Part shown: piece after piece, positions 39,052 through 50,212 of the stretch | How the letters are laid out: the number at the start of each line of letters is the position of its first letter | Position numbering within the stretch: position 1 is the stretch's first letter | Source of the DNA: Octopus vulgaris | Taxonomy: Eukaryota | Assembly: GCA_951406725.2 (NCBI GenBank) | Contig: OX597827.1 | Coordinates: forward strand, 70,370,001-70,434,000 | Direction: 5' to 3' | Length of the DNA: 64,000 bases | Position numbers and translations under genes: made by a program | Notes under the pieces: generated by a model | What the model was told of the DNA's origin: nothing | What the model saw: the letters and a program-made list of their open reading frames with translations, nothing else | Databases searched by the model: none

Positions 39052-39277
39052 TTAACCCTTTTGTTACCATATTTCTATTGAGATGCTCTGTTTTTTTCAA
39101 TTACTTTAAATATAACAAAGAATTTAGTAAAATAACTTACTTATTATTAAGCTAGTGCTAGGAACATAAATTGTGACTAAGGTTTGGTTGAACATTTTAA
39201 TTCAGAACTTATGAAAACAAGACATTTGTACTCAGAGCCAGAGACGGTTTCAGCCAGGTTGGTATCAAAAGGGTTAA
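39052..39277 (+). mobile_element. TTAA-flanked (piggyBac-type) MITE
   Basis: ttaaccctttt...aaaagggttaa termini; copies at 50213-50441, 50466-50692, 56950-57181 and 57204-57763. Confidence 0.8.
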
Positions 39278-40046
39278 CCACAACCATATTTGAACTCTGA
39301 ACATAAAGGGACACAACTAAATACCACAAGTTATTTGGTATAATGCTCTACCTATTCTGCCATTCACCACTATTATTAGTTATTATTATCATTGTTATTT
39401 AAGGCAGTGAGCTGGCAGAATCGTTAGCAGCATTTTGTCTGTCTTTACATTTTGAGGTCAACTTTGCCTTTCGTCTTTTCAGGATCGATAAAATAAGTAC
39501 CAGTTGTATACTGGGGTCAATGTAATCGATTTCCGGCATCTGCCTGTGGTAGAAAGGATTATTATTGTTATTATTGAGGTGGTGAGTGGTCAAAATCAGT
39601 AGCACATTGGCGAAAATGCTCAGTGGCTTATCTTCTGGTTTGTTACATTCTGAGTTCCAATACCGCTAAGGCTGATTGTTGCCTTTCACCATTTCAGGGT
39701 TGATGAAATAGAGTACAAATCAAGTACCAGGTCTGTGTAATCAATAAACCCCCTCCTCGCCCTAGTCTTCTGCCAAAATGTGAAAGAATTATTATTGTTA
39801 TTATTATTATTATTATTATTATTAAGGTGGCAAGCTGGCAGAATCGTTAGCACACCAGGCAAAATGCTTAGCGGCATTTCATCTGTCTGCATGTTCTGAG
39901 TTCAAATTCCGCTGAGGTCAACTTTGCTATTCTTCCTTTTGGGGTTGATAAATCAAGTACCAGTGAAACACTGCTGTTGATACAATTGACTAGTACCCCT
40001 CCCCACCACCACCACCACCACAAATTTTAGGCTTTGTGCCTAATAA

Positions 40047-40272
40047 TACAGTTCTATATTTAAGAGATGAGGAATTATGTATATTATTTACATTTGACAG
40101 ATATTTGTCCTCGTCTTGTTTGCTGTTAACGCAACGTTTCGGCTGATATACCCTCCAGCCTTCATCAGGTATTTTTCGATGTTATTATTCAGGTCACTGC
40201 CTGGAATCAAACTCGAAATCTTGGGGTTAGTAGCCCGCGCTCTTAACCACTACGCCATAAGCCCGTGGGCAT
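40047..40272 (-). mobile_element. tRNA-head/hammerhead SINE with an internal deletion at aggt microhomology
   Basis: Reverse complement of 49181-49420 apart from the deletion. Confidence 0.8.
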
Positions 40273-40285
40273 AATAGTAGAAAGG

Positions 40286-40347
<62 letters not shown>

Positions 40348-40478
40348 CAGTCCACCAATATCAGCTTTGCCTTTTATACTTTCAGGGTCAATAAAGTAAG
40401 ACCTATTGAGTACTGGGGTCGATGTAATTGATGTAGCCATTTCCCCAGACTTGCAGGCCTTAGGCCCAAATTTTAAAC

Positions 40479-40530
<52 letters not shown>

Positions 40531-41133
40531 TTCACCTGTTGCTGTGTTCTGAGTTCAAATTGCACCGAGGTTGACTTTGCCTTTCATCCTTTCGGGTTGA
40601 TAAAAATAAGTACCAGTTGAACACTGGGGTCAATGTAATTATCTCACCCCCCTACCTTTCCTACACTGCCCCTGTGACAAAAATTTGAAATAATAATAAT
40701 AATTATTATTATTATATGAAAGCAATGTGCTGGCTAAATTGTGTGTCAGACAAAACGCTTATCTGGGTTGTTTCCAGCCTCTCATGTTCTGACTTCAAAT
40801 TTTACTGAGGTCCCTGAAAGCAATAAAATAAAGTATCATCTTTGTATTGAGGTCCTGAATTTCAGACCCTGTGTCTATATGATGCACAATTACTATAATC
40901 AATAGTAACGAGCACTGGCGTAATGTTGGGGAAAGCTTATCACCGACTCATGTCATCACATTTATGATCTTGCTTTGATTGTATTTGAAATTTCGGTGAC
41001 AAATATACTCTCTGAAAAAAACTTGAATTTGCTTTTGCCCTCACAACTTTCATTTCCTTCCCTAAAAATAAACCTGAGATGTTGCATAGAGTGAAGAAAT
41101 AATTAGGAGGATCTTACTTTAATGCATGTATGT

Positions 41134-41190
<57 letters not shown>

Positions 41191-41219
41191 TGTGTGTGTG
41201 TGTGTGTATATATATATAT

Positions 41220-41331
41220 CACCGTGACCGACCAGGCTATCAAATGTTGCTACACATCGCTGGTCACAATGCGCTTCGCATTGTTTTAGCCTTCAAATGA
41301 CGCCACCCCGCTGGCTAAGCGAGCAGGCCAA
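41220..41331 (-). mobile_element. Short GC-richer element inserted in (TA)n, possibly a non-LTR retrotransposon 3' fragment
   Basis: Sharp boundaries within (TA)n; family assignment not supported. Confidence 0.4.
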
Positions 41332-41353
41332 TATATATATATATATATATAGA

Positions 41354-41390
<37 letters not shown>

Positions 41391-42051
41391 TTAATATTTA
41401 GCCGACGTAACAGTGACTCACGATTCGAGAGTTTTGTGTGTTGACACTTATCAAACTAAATATTAACAAAAATATACATATACGCATATTGTGAGTTCTA
41501 TTTTTCCTGTTTGCATCAACATACCTCTCTATATATATATATGTGTGTGTGTGTGTGCGTGTATGTATGTATATAAATATATATATATATATATATGTCA
41601 TTTCCTTTTTAGAAAAACATAAAGAAGCACACTCTAAGAAGTAGAGCAGTATATATTTTTATCTGGTGAAGGCCAGTTTATCGGGTATCTCTTTATGGCG
41701 AGAAAACCAGGGTAACCCTATAAGTAGGCCTTCATCAGTGATAAATATATATATGTATGTGTATATATGCATAGTTTACTGTTCCATTAAGGTAGGATCA
41801 ACAAAAAAAGTACTCCATCCAGTGAGAAATAAACGTCATTTAATGTACTGCACAGAATAAAGATGGGAGCAGCTAATACTTCCATGCTATGAAGACATGT
41901 GGTTAGGCAGGTTTTTATAACGTGCTTTGTGTCTCCAAGCAATCTTCAGAGATTGAAGATTGCTTGAAGACACAAAGCTCATTGTAAAAACCTGCCTAAC
42001 CACATGTCTTCATTGCAAGAAATGGTAGCTATCTAGATATATAGATATAGA

Positions 42052-42096
<45 letters not shown>

Positions 42097-42098
<2 letters not shown>

Positions 42099-42250
42099 CC
42101 GGAATAAGTACATAAATGTGAAACAAGGTGGAGAAAAGAGTACTCAAATACCGGAGGTAGAGTAATATGCTTTATTTAAAAGCAGCAGAAATATAACAAA
42201 AGCTGTTACTCAGAGTTTCACATTCCCATTCGTTGGACAGTTTTGTTAAT
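42097..42250 (-). mobile_element. Penelope-like terminal-repeat fragment with a decayed hammerhead (42194-42248)
   Basis: TAACAAAACTGT-CCAACGA-..-GAAA-CTCTGAG-TA-ACAGCTTTTGTTA. Confidence 0.65.
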
Positions 42251-42351
42251 ATATATATATATGTATATACAGTGTTTTTATTTTTAATTTTGCTGGAATG
42301 AAAAAAATTAAATGTGATTCAATGTAACTTTTTGGGCTTTTTTTTCATTTT

Positions 42352-42429
42352 TATAAGAGATACAATATTGTCAAACCATCTCTGATACTTGGAATGTGTC
42401 ACAGATGGTTTGATAATTCATCTCTTATA
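42352..42429 (+). ncRNA. Pre-miRNA-like hairpin (candidate)
   Basis: ~31 paired bases, 7-nt loop, G-U pairs on the + strand, unique sequence. Confidence 0.3.
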
Positions 42430-42714
42430 CATGAAGACTGTGTGTATGTGTTAAAATGTGTGTGAGTGTATGAGTGAGAAAGGATGGGATGTACATATGT
42501 GAGAAAGAGGTGCAAATGTAAAACTATGGTTAGAAATCCATGGTGGGTGCAATTCTGGACTGAAGGTAGATTGTTTGTATTGCTTGGTTATATCTAGATA
42601 GAAGAGGGAATTGTTAAAAACAGAAAAAATACTGATTAGAAGGGAAATAGCTTATCATTTCTGTGGAAGTGATCAAGTCTGAAATGTGATATCTGATAGC
42701 TTTGTGTCAAGAGG

Positions 42715-42769
<55 letters not shown>

Positions 42770-42924
42770 ATGAAATGGATAAATGAATTATCTTGTTACG
42801 GATGCAGAATGGTCTCCTTATTCAATCCGAATTTGGGAATTTGCAGCCTTTGAAACATGTGTAGAAAATAATAAAAAGGAATTTTGTAGAATCTTCGTTC
42901 GGCTCCATTTCTTCCCTTCACTAA

Positions 42925-42970
<46 letters not shown>

Positions 42971-43379
42971 TTATGTATGAATATGTATGCATATGATGAT
43001 ATATGACTGTGTGATGATATTTGTATGTATGTGTGATGTTGAACAAATAAGTAAGTATGTGTGTATGATGATATTAGATGACTGTGTGTGAAAAGATAAA
43101 AAAATTGATATCATTGGCTAATGGAATAGATTTTTGGGTTTTAGCCAACCAACAATGAAATTCATCTTTATCTGTCCACATTTATACACAGCAGCCAGCT
43201 TAGCTGCACCCATATGCACACACACACACAGCATCATTTTGCGACTTCAGATTATTACCCCTGCCCCATATAACTTTCACATCATCCCCTGTCGTGTGAC
43301 CGTGTCAAGTCTAGTGTAACCATGCAACACTAGTGCAACTGCACATCGCCTTATTGCAGCCTCACAAGACTCAATGCAG

Positions 43380-43643
43380 CTACCTCGTTTGACCGCAGAA
43401 TACCCACCCACAGCACCAAATATGGCCATAAAACAGCCACTCCCTTCTTCGTACACCCACCCACCCATCCACCTGCCTCATTACCTGTGACACAGTAACG
43501 TAACCATCGCAGTTCTGGTGGGGAAGAATTAAAGAATATAGGAATGTTCAAGGTTTATCAATTCTTGAATTCTACCACAATGACATCATTGTTCTGGAAG
43601 GTATCGGAGATGATTTGCTAATGCGTCTCTTATACAAGAAGGC

Positions 43644-43675
<32 letters not shown>

Positions 43676-43929
43676 AAAGAGAGAGAGAGAGAGAGAGAAA
43701 GGTTGTATGAGTTTGTACGAGAGAGAGATTGAGGAATGTGTGTTTATGTTCCTTTTGTCCTTCCGTACATAAAATAAAACCTAACTGTGTCCCTGCTAAC
43801 CCCCCTCCCCCCACTGAGCAGCAGCCAAATGTGATGCTGTGTCACAGGTTGTAAAAACGGTGGGAAGGGAGTGGTTGTTGTGTGACCATATTTGGTGTTG
43901 TGGGTGGGTACAGTGCAGTCAAACGGTAG
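43380..43929 (+). other. Long imperfect fold-back (predicted dsRNA rod) in non-repetitive DNA
   Basis: Nested complementary segments, including a gap-free 47-bp helix at 43401-43447/43864-43910. Confidence 0.8.
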
Positions 43930-45022
43930 AAAAACGGTATCAAGATGTCTTTCCATACATAAAAGCCATCTTGTCCTTGCTTTATCTTTCCTCTCATTCG
44001 CAGGCCTTCGTAGATAACACCCATCCTTCATTCACCAGGTCCCCCCCCACACCACCACAGACAGCTCATGCTAGATACTCACTGCCTCCGTGTATAGAGA
44101 GACCTTGAAAACATCTTCCAGTGGAGGCACAATAACCTAATTTCTTTCAAAAGCAGATACACTCACTACAAACACTACATATCAAAGAAAGACATCTACA
44201 ACATAACAATCTCTTTAAGCACGAACGATGTGAGACCAAAAACAGCATTAACCAACAATAAGGTCACGCCGTGTTTAAGGACCTTGCAGCGTAACCATAC
44301 ACTGATAACATAACAACAACCACCTACTCAGGGTTTACTTGCTAGAAATAGCAGCCACACCTCTCTTAACTCTGTAGCATTCAGATTTTTCTATCAAATG
44401 AATCATCATCATCATCATCATTTAGCGTCCGCTTTCCATGCTAGCATGGGTTGGACGGTTCAACGGGGGTCTGGGAAGCCAGAAGGCTGCGCCAGGCCCA
44501 GTCTGACCTGGCAGTGTTTCTACAGCTGGATGCCCTTCCTAACGCCAACCACTCCGAGAGTGTAGTGGGTGCTTTTTTATGTGCCACCTGCACAGGTGCC
44601 AGACGAGGCTGGCAAACGGCCACGGTCGGATGGTGCTTTTTACATGCCACCAGCACGGGAGCCAGACGAGTTCGTTTTGAATTAATCATGCTCTATCTTG
44701 TAGCGTTGAGATTTTGATGATGTGAGCTTTTATTTTTTAGAATGACATAGTGGGGTAGGTGTGAGAGACCAGATATGGCCAGTTTGATCATAAAACAAGT
44801 CGAATAATTTGGCTGGATATGGCTGGTTTGAATGCTAAAGGGTAACCCCCATTGTCTTGAAAATGGAAGGTGGTATTAAATAATGGGCTATCCTTCGATT
44901 TTGGTCTGCTGAGTGTTGGTGTGAGGAGACGATGCCATTCAACCTCACCTCTTTATCTCTACCATGAAGGAAGATTGAGCAGGTGAATGACGTGTACCAA
45001 TAATGAAGGACTGCCAACTAAT

Positions 45023-45415
45023 AGGTGTAGGAGTGGCTGTGTGGTAAGTAGCTTGCTTACCAACCACATGGTTTGAGGTTCAGTCCCACTGCATGGCACC
45101 TTGGGCAAGTACTATAGCCTCGGGCCGACCAAAGCCTTGTGAGTGGATTTGACAGATGGAAACTGAAAGAAGCCCGTCGTATATATATATGTATATGTGT
45201 GTATATGTTTGTGTGTCTGTGTTTGTCCCCCAACATAGCTTGACAACTGATGCTGGTGTGTTTACGTCCCCGTCACTTAGCGGTTCAGCAAAGAGACCGA
45301 TAGAATAAATACTAGGCTTACAAAGAATAAGTCCTGTGGTCGATTTGCTCGACTAAAGGCGGTGCTCTAGCATGGCCACAGTCAAATGACTGAAACAAGT
45401 AAAAGAGTAAAAGAG
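45023..45415 (+). mobile_element. Family B tRNA-SINE
   Basis: Matches 7285-7690. Confidence 0.9.
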
Positions 45416-45738
45416 GTTCTCAATCTCAAATTCACGGTTTCTTCCTCGGGACCTGAAAGTACTTACACTTATAAACAGTTGCTGACCCTCCCTTATACCC
45501 CATATGATATATTTGTAGTTTTCATTTAAAAAGCACCAGTGCTGGTGTCACATAAAGAGCACCTGTACCAGTACCATGTAAAAAGCAGCTGTGCTGATAC
45601 CACATACAAAGCTCCCCCAGTATGCTCTGTAAAGCGGTTGGCTTAGGAAGGGCGTCCAGCTGCAGAAACCATGCCAAAGCTGACACTAGAACTTGGTGCG
45701 GTTTTCTGACTTGCCAGCTCCTCCTGTTGACCTGTCCA

Positions 45739-45834
45739 TCTAATGCTATGATGGACCGTGAAGTCTGGTGTAGCATAATAAATTCCATTGTCTCGACCAC
45801 AGTCGAACAGTGATGATGATGATGATGATGATGA
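45739..45834 (+). mobile_element. Short 3' end of the same RTE-X-like LINE as 14810-15726
   Basis: NAMMDREVW..NSIVSTTVEQ* plus (tga)n; TSD tgacctgtcca at 45728-45738 and 45835-45845. Confidence 0.85.
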
Positions 45835-46068
45835 TGACCTGTCCAACCCATATCAGCATGGAAAACGGATATTAAGTGATGTTGTTGATGATGATGATGA
45901 TGATTAATGTCCCACTTTCATAACTGGGACGTAGAACTCTGCTACACAAGAATGGGACAATTTGGTCTTGCTGAATTGGCATTGACCCATTTGACGTGAA
46001 ACGTTTTGATGTCACTCTCATTCTCTCTTCCTCCTCCCCTCTCTCTGTGTCTCTCTCCACATGTATAC

Positions 46069-46625
46069 TCTTTTACTTGTTTCAGTCATTTGACTGTGAC
46101 CAGGCTGGAGCACCGCCTTTAGTCGAGCAAATCGACCCCAGGACTTATTCTTTGTAAGCCTAGTATTTATTCTGTTGGTCTCTTTTGCCGAACCGCTAAG
46201 TTACTGGGACGTAAACACACCAGCATCGGTTGTCAAGCGATGCTGGGAGAACAAACACAGACACACAAACATGTACACACACACACATATATATGATGGG
46301 CTTCTTTCAGTTTCTGTCTACGAAATCCACTCACAAGGTTTTGGTCGGCCTGAGGCTATAGTAGAAGACACTTGCCCAAGGTGCCACGCAGTGGGACTGA
46401 ACCTGGAACCATGTAGTTGGGAAGTAAGCTACTTATCACGTAGCCATTCAAGCACCACACACACACACACAATGGATTTCCTTCAATCTCTGTCTACCAA
46501 ATCCACTCACAAGGCTTTAATCTTCCTGAGGCTATAGTAGAAGACACTTACTCAAGGTGCCATGCAGTGGGACTGAACCCGGAACCATGTGGTTGGGAAG
46601 CAAACTTCTTATCACACAACCACTG
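46069..46625 (-). mobile_element. Family B SINE with a partial second head
   Basis: Reverse complement of family B. Confidence 0.85.
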
Positions 46626-46859
46626 TAACATATTTATTTATTTATTTAAAAAGACAGGAAACTGGCCGAATCCCTCAAGCATCAGAAAATAGGACACTTT
46701 GCAGTATTTGTCCCAGTTTCTTCTTTTGAGTTCAAACCCTGCCAAGGTCAACTTTGCCTTTCATCTCTTTGGGGTTTTGATAAAGTATCAATCAAACACT
46801 GCACTCAGTTTCTTCTCTCTTCAACCTCCCTCCTCTCCTCTTCATCATTTATGTTTTTT

Positions 46860-47130
46860 ACTTGTTTCAGTCAGACTGTGGCCATGCAGGGGCACCACGT
46901 TGAGGAATTTTAGTTAAATGGTTTCACTCATTAAACTGTGGCCATGCTGGGGCACCACATTGAGGAATTTTAGTCAAATGGTTTCAGTCATTAAACTGTG
47001 GCCATGCTGGGGCACCACTTGGAGGAATTTTAATCAAAATGGTTTCAGTCATTAAACTGTGGCCATGCTGGGGCATCTCCTTGAGGAGTTTTAATCAAAT
47101 GATTTTAGTCAAATGACTTTAGTCATTAGA
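46860..47130. repeat. ~59-bp tandem repeat derived from a SINE 3' end
   Basis: Four copies of gtttcagtcattaaactgtggccatgctggggcaccac..gaggaattttagtcaaatg. Confidence 0.85.
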
Positions 47131-47131
47131 C

Positions 47132-47950
47132 CAGTGTTTCCCAATGTGGAGCATATGCCCCACCGGTGGGGCATGGGAAAATCGGGGTGGGGCATGTGTT
47201 AACGTGGGCTGTGTAAAATTTTTGCAAGTGACTTGAACACACACTTGTTGACCCTAAGCCTATCTTTGGACACTGAAATGGAAAAGAAACATCACCATGC
47301 AATATCTATACTTAAACCATGGGAATCGATGCAGCTACGACCAATCAGCGTACCAAGTGAGGTATCGGCATTTGTTAGGCGTTTGTTTCTCTGTATCAAT
47401 ATCTATTGTCCAAGAGAACTATTGATCCATTTTCCTTCATCTTATTTGGTTGAATGTGGATTCAGTGAGGTTGACAATTTCCTGGAAGCCAAGAGAAACT
47501 GACTTGAACTTACAAAACGTGGCAATTTATGGCTGAAGTTAACGAGATTGTCTCCTCCCTCAACTCAAGGATCCGTGCTGTATGCACGAGGCATAGGGTT
47601 CTCCCTAAATGAGTAATCAGCCAGGTAATTGAATTAAAAATCGTGTTTTGTTATTTAAAAGGTTATTTGTTATTTAAGGTGGTGAGCTGGCAGAAACATT
47701 AGCACTCTGGGCGACAATGCTTAGCGGTATTTCGTCTGCCGCTACGTTCTGAGTTCAAATTCCGCTGAGGTCGACTTTGCCTATCATCCTTCCAGGGTCG
47801 ATTAAATAAGTACCAGTTATGCACTGAGGTCGATATTATCGACTTAATCCGTTTGTCTGTCCTTGTTTGTCCTCTCTGTGTTTAGCCCCTTGTGGGTAGT
47901 AAAGAAATAGGTTATTTGTTATTTAAAAGTGGGGCACTGGAAAAAATTGT
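47132..47950 (+). mobile_element. hAT (Charlie-like) deletion derivative containing a family A SINE (47678-47909)
   Basis: Left TIR cagtgtttcccaa; ELLIHFPSSYLVECGFS..KRN*LELTKRGNL resembles the hAT C-terminal dimerisation domain. SINE TSD ggttatttgttatttaa. Confidence 0.75.
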
Positions 47951-49180
47951 TAGACTGTGGCCATGGTGGAGCACCACCTTGAGGCATTTAAGTCAAATGA
48001 ATCGACCCTGCTCTTATTTTTAAGCCTGGCACTTAATCTGTTGGTCTCTTTTGCTGAACCACTAAGTTATGGTGACGCCAACATACCATATGTAAACATA
48101 TTGTCATCACGTAATATGAACTTTTCCTTGCTTGCATGGATCAGACAGAATCGGTTGAGGCAGATTCTCTGTGGTCAGATGCTCTTCCTGTCTGTTTCCC
48201 AGAAATGTAATATCCCTCCACCCCTATTACCAGACATATTTTTCATGGCAGATTGGAAACAAGTAACCTTGCCTGTATGATGATGATGATGATGATGATG
48301 CTCATTGACAACTATCACATGACGTCAAAACAAGAGTATACATAGACACACACACACACCCATACATACACACCCATACATACACACACATACACACACA
48401 CCAATACATACACACACATACATACACACACATGCATGCACACACATGCATATACATAATACACACACACATCAATACACACATTCACACACACATGTAT
48501 ACACACACACACACACACACAATCCTGACCGCATGAGAGGCAGACAAAAGGTTTCCAACCACATAGGGGTTCCCTCCTTTATAAACTCATATCCGAAGAG
48601 CCGTCTTTAAAATTTTAACCCCAGGTCAACTCTTATTGAGCAGTTCTATGATCGAAAACATTCCAGAAACGTCTCATCTTGTATTTTTAGGTATACACAG
48701 GACTCAGTATGTAACATTCCTTAAAACAATAAGCAAAGTGCTTGGAGAAGAAGTTTTGGCTGCTATTTCCAGCAAGTCAATTTGATTACATAGAAGTATA
48801 CTTGATATTGGTGAAATAAGGATTTAGAGGGATTGACAAGTGGCTGAGTAAATCTTGCTTTAGGCTCCCTTAGGAGTAACTCTTTAGCATTCCTGTTATT
48901 CTGACAAATGTAATGCTTATTTATTCAAATTGTTTACAATTAATTCAATTAATTAAGCTTTGAGATTTTGATGATGAGATTACTTATTTTTAGAAGGACA
49001 TTGTTGGGTAGGTGTGAGAGGCCAGAGCTGGCCAGTTTGAACATAAAACTGGTTGAATATTTTGGCCATATATGACCGGTTTGAATGCTAAAGGATCAAC
49101 CCTTTACCATTCAGATTATTCTGTTAAATGCAGTGCTTATTTACTCACCTTGTTCTGAATTAATCATGCATTATCTTGTT

Positions 49181-49420
49181 GGCCCACGGGCATATGGTGT
49201 AGTGGTTAAGAGCGTGGGCTACTAACTCCAAGATTCCGAGTTCGATTCCGGGCAGTGATCTGAGTAATAATGATAATATTGAAAAATACCTTAGGAATGA
49301 GAACCCAGGTTTGAAATTTTCCCCAAGACACCTGATGAAGGCTGGAGGGTATATCAGCTGAAACGTTGTGTTAACAACAAACAAGATGAGGACAAATATC
49401 CGTCAAATATAAATAATGTT
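49181..49420 (+). mobile_element. tRNA-head/hammerhead SINE, most complete copy
   Basis: A-box tggtgtagtgg, B-box gagttcgattcc, hammerhead at 49327-49372. Confidence 0.85.
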
Positions 49421-50212
49421 CAGTATTCTGTGTTCTAAAACAATCTCCATGTTAAGATGGAGGTGAAGATTACATCAAGCTGACAGAATCTTTAGCACGC
49501 CAGGCAAAATGCTCAGTGGTATTTCGTCTGCCGCTACGTTCTGAGTTCAAATTCCGCCGAGGTCGACTTTGCCTTTCATCCTTTCGGGGTCAATTAAATA
49601 AGTACCAGTTACACACTGGGCTCGATATAATCAACTTAATCCGTTTGTCTGTCCTTGTTTGTTCTCTCTGTGTTTAGCCCATTACGGGTAGTAAAGAAAT
49701 AGGTATTTCATCTGCCTGTCTCTAAGTTCTGAGTTCAAATTCTGCAGAGGTCAGCTTTGCCTTTCATCCTTTCAGGGTCGATAAATTTTCACAATGAGAT
49801 TGCTTATTTTTAGAAGGACATTGTAGGCTAGGTATGAGAGGCTGTATCTGGCTGGCTTGAACATAAAACAGGTAGAATATTTTGGCTGGATTTGACCGGA
49901 TTGAATGCTAAAGGATTAACCCTTTAAGCCCTGACCTCCTGAACCCTATTTGACCATACGTCTAGCTTCCAGATACACTCCACCGGTAGAATGGTGCTAC
50001 GGTATAGGAAAAAATAAACCATCCACCAGTAAACTGGTGTTACAGACTCAAAGGGTTAAGGGTGATGGTAATTGTGGTGGTTGTGTGCATGTGTGTAGCA
50101 CCTTTGGGCTGGTCATGGTTTAACTAATATGAGCTGAATTGTTGTACTGATGTCTTATTTTTGGGTTTCTGGGCCAAATTGTCATGTTCTAACCTCTAGT
50201 AAGCATGCTTGT

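Noticed and set aside
42894-42906. Partial match to miR-375 (ttcgttcggctc)
   Set aside because: The seed and 3' end do not match, and there is no hairpin.
43778-43805. ctaac/ctaaccc as a telomerase RNA template
   Set aside because: Shorter than 1.5 TTAGGG repeats, and no pseudoknot or H/ACA features recognised.
43864-43929. Arms of the fold-back translate similarly (EGSGCCVTIFGVVGGYSAVKR versus EGSGCFMAIFGAVGGYSAVKR), as if inverted duplicate exons
   Set aside because: The + frame is bracketed by TAA and TAG with weak splice sites, and the similarity follows from complementarity.
49190-49262. Genuine tRNA gene
   Set aside because: No acceptor stem; it is a multi-copy SINE head.
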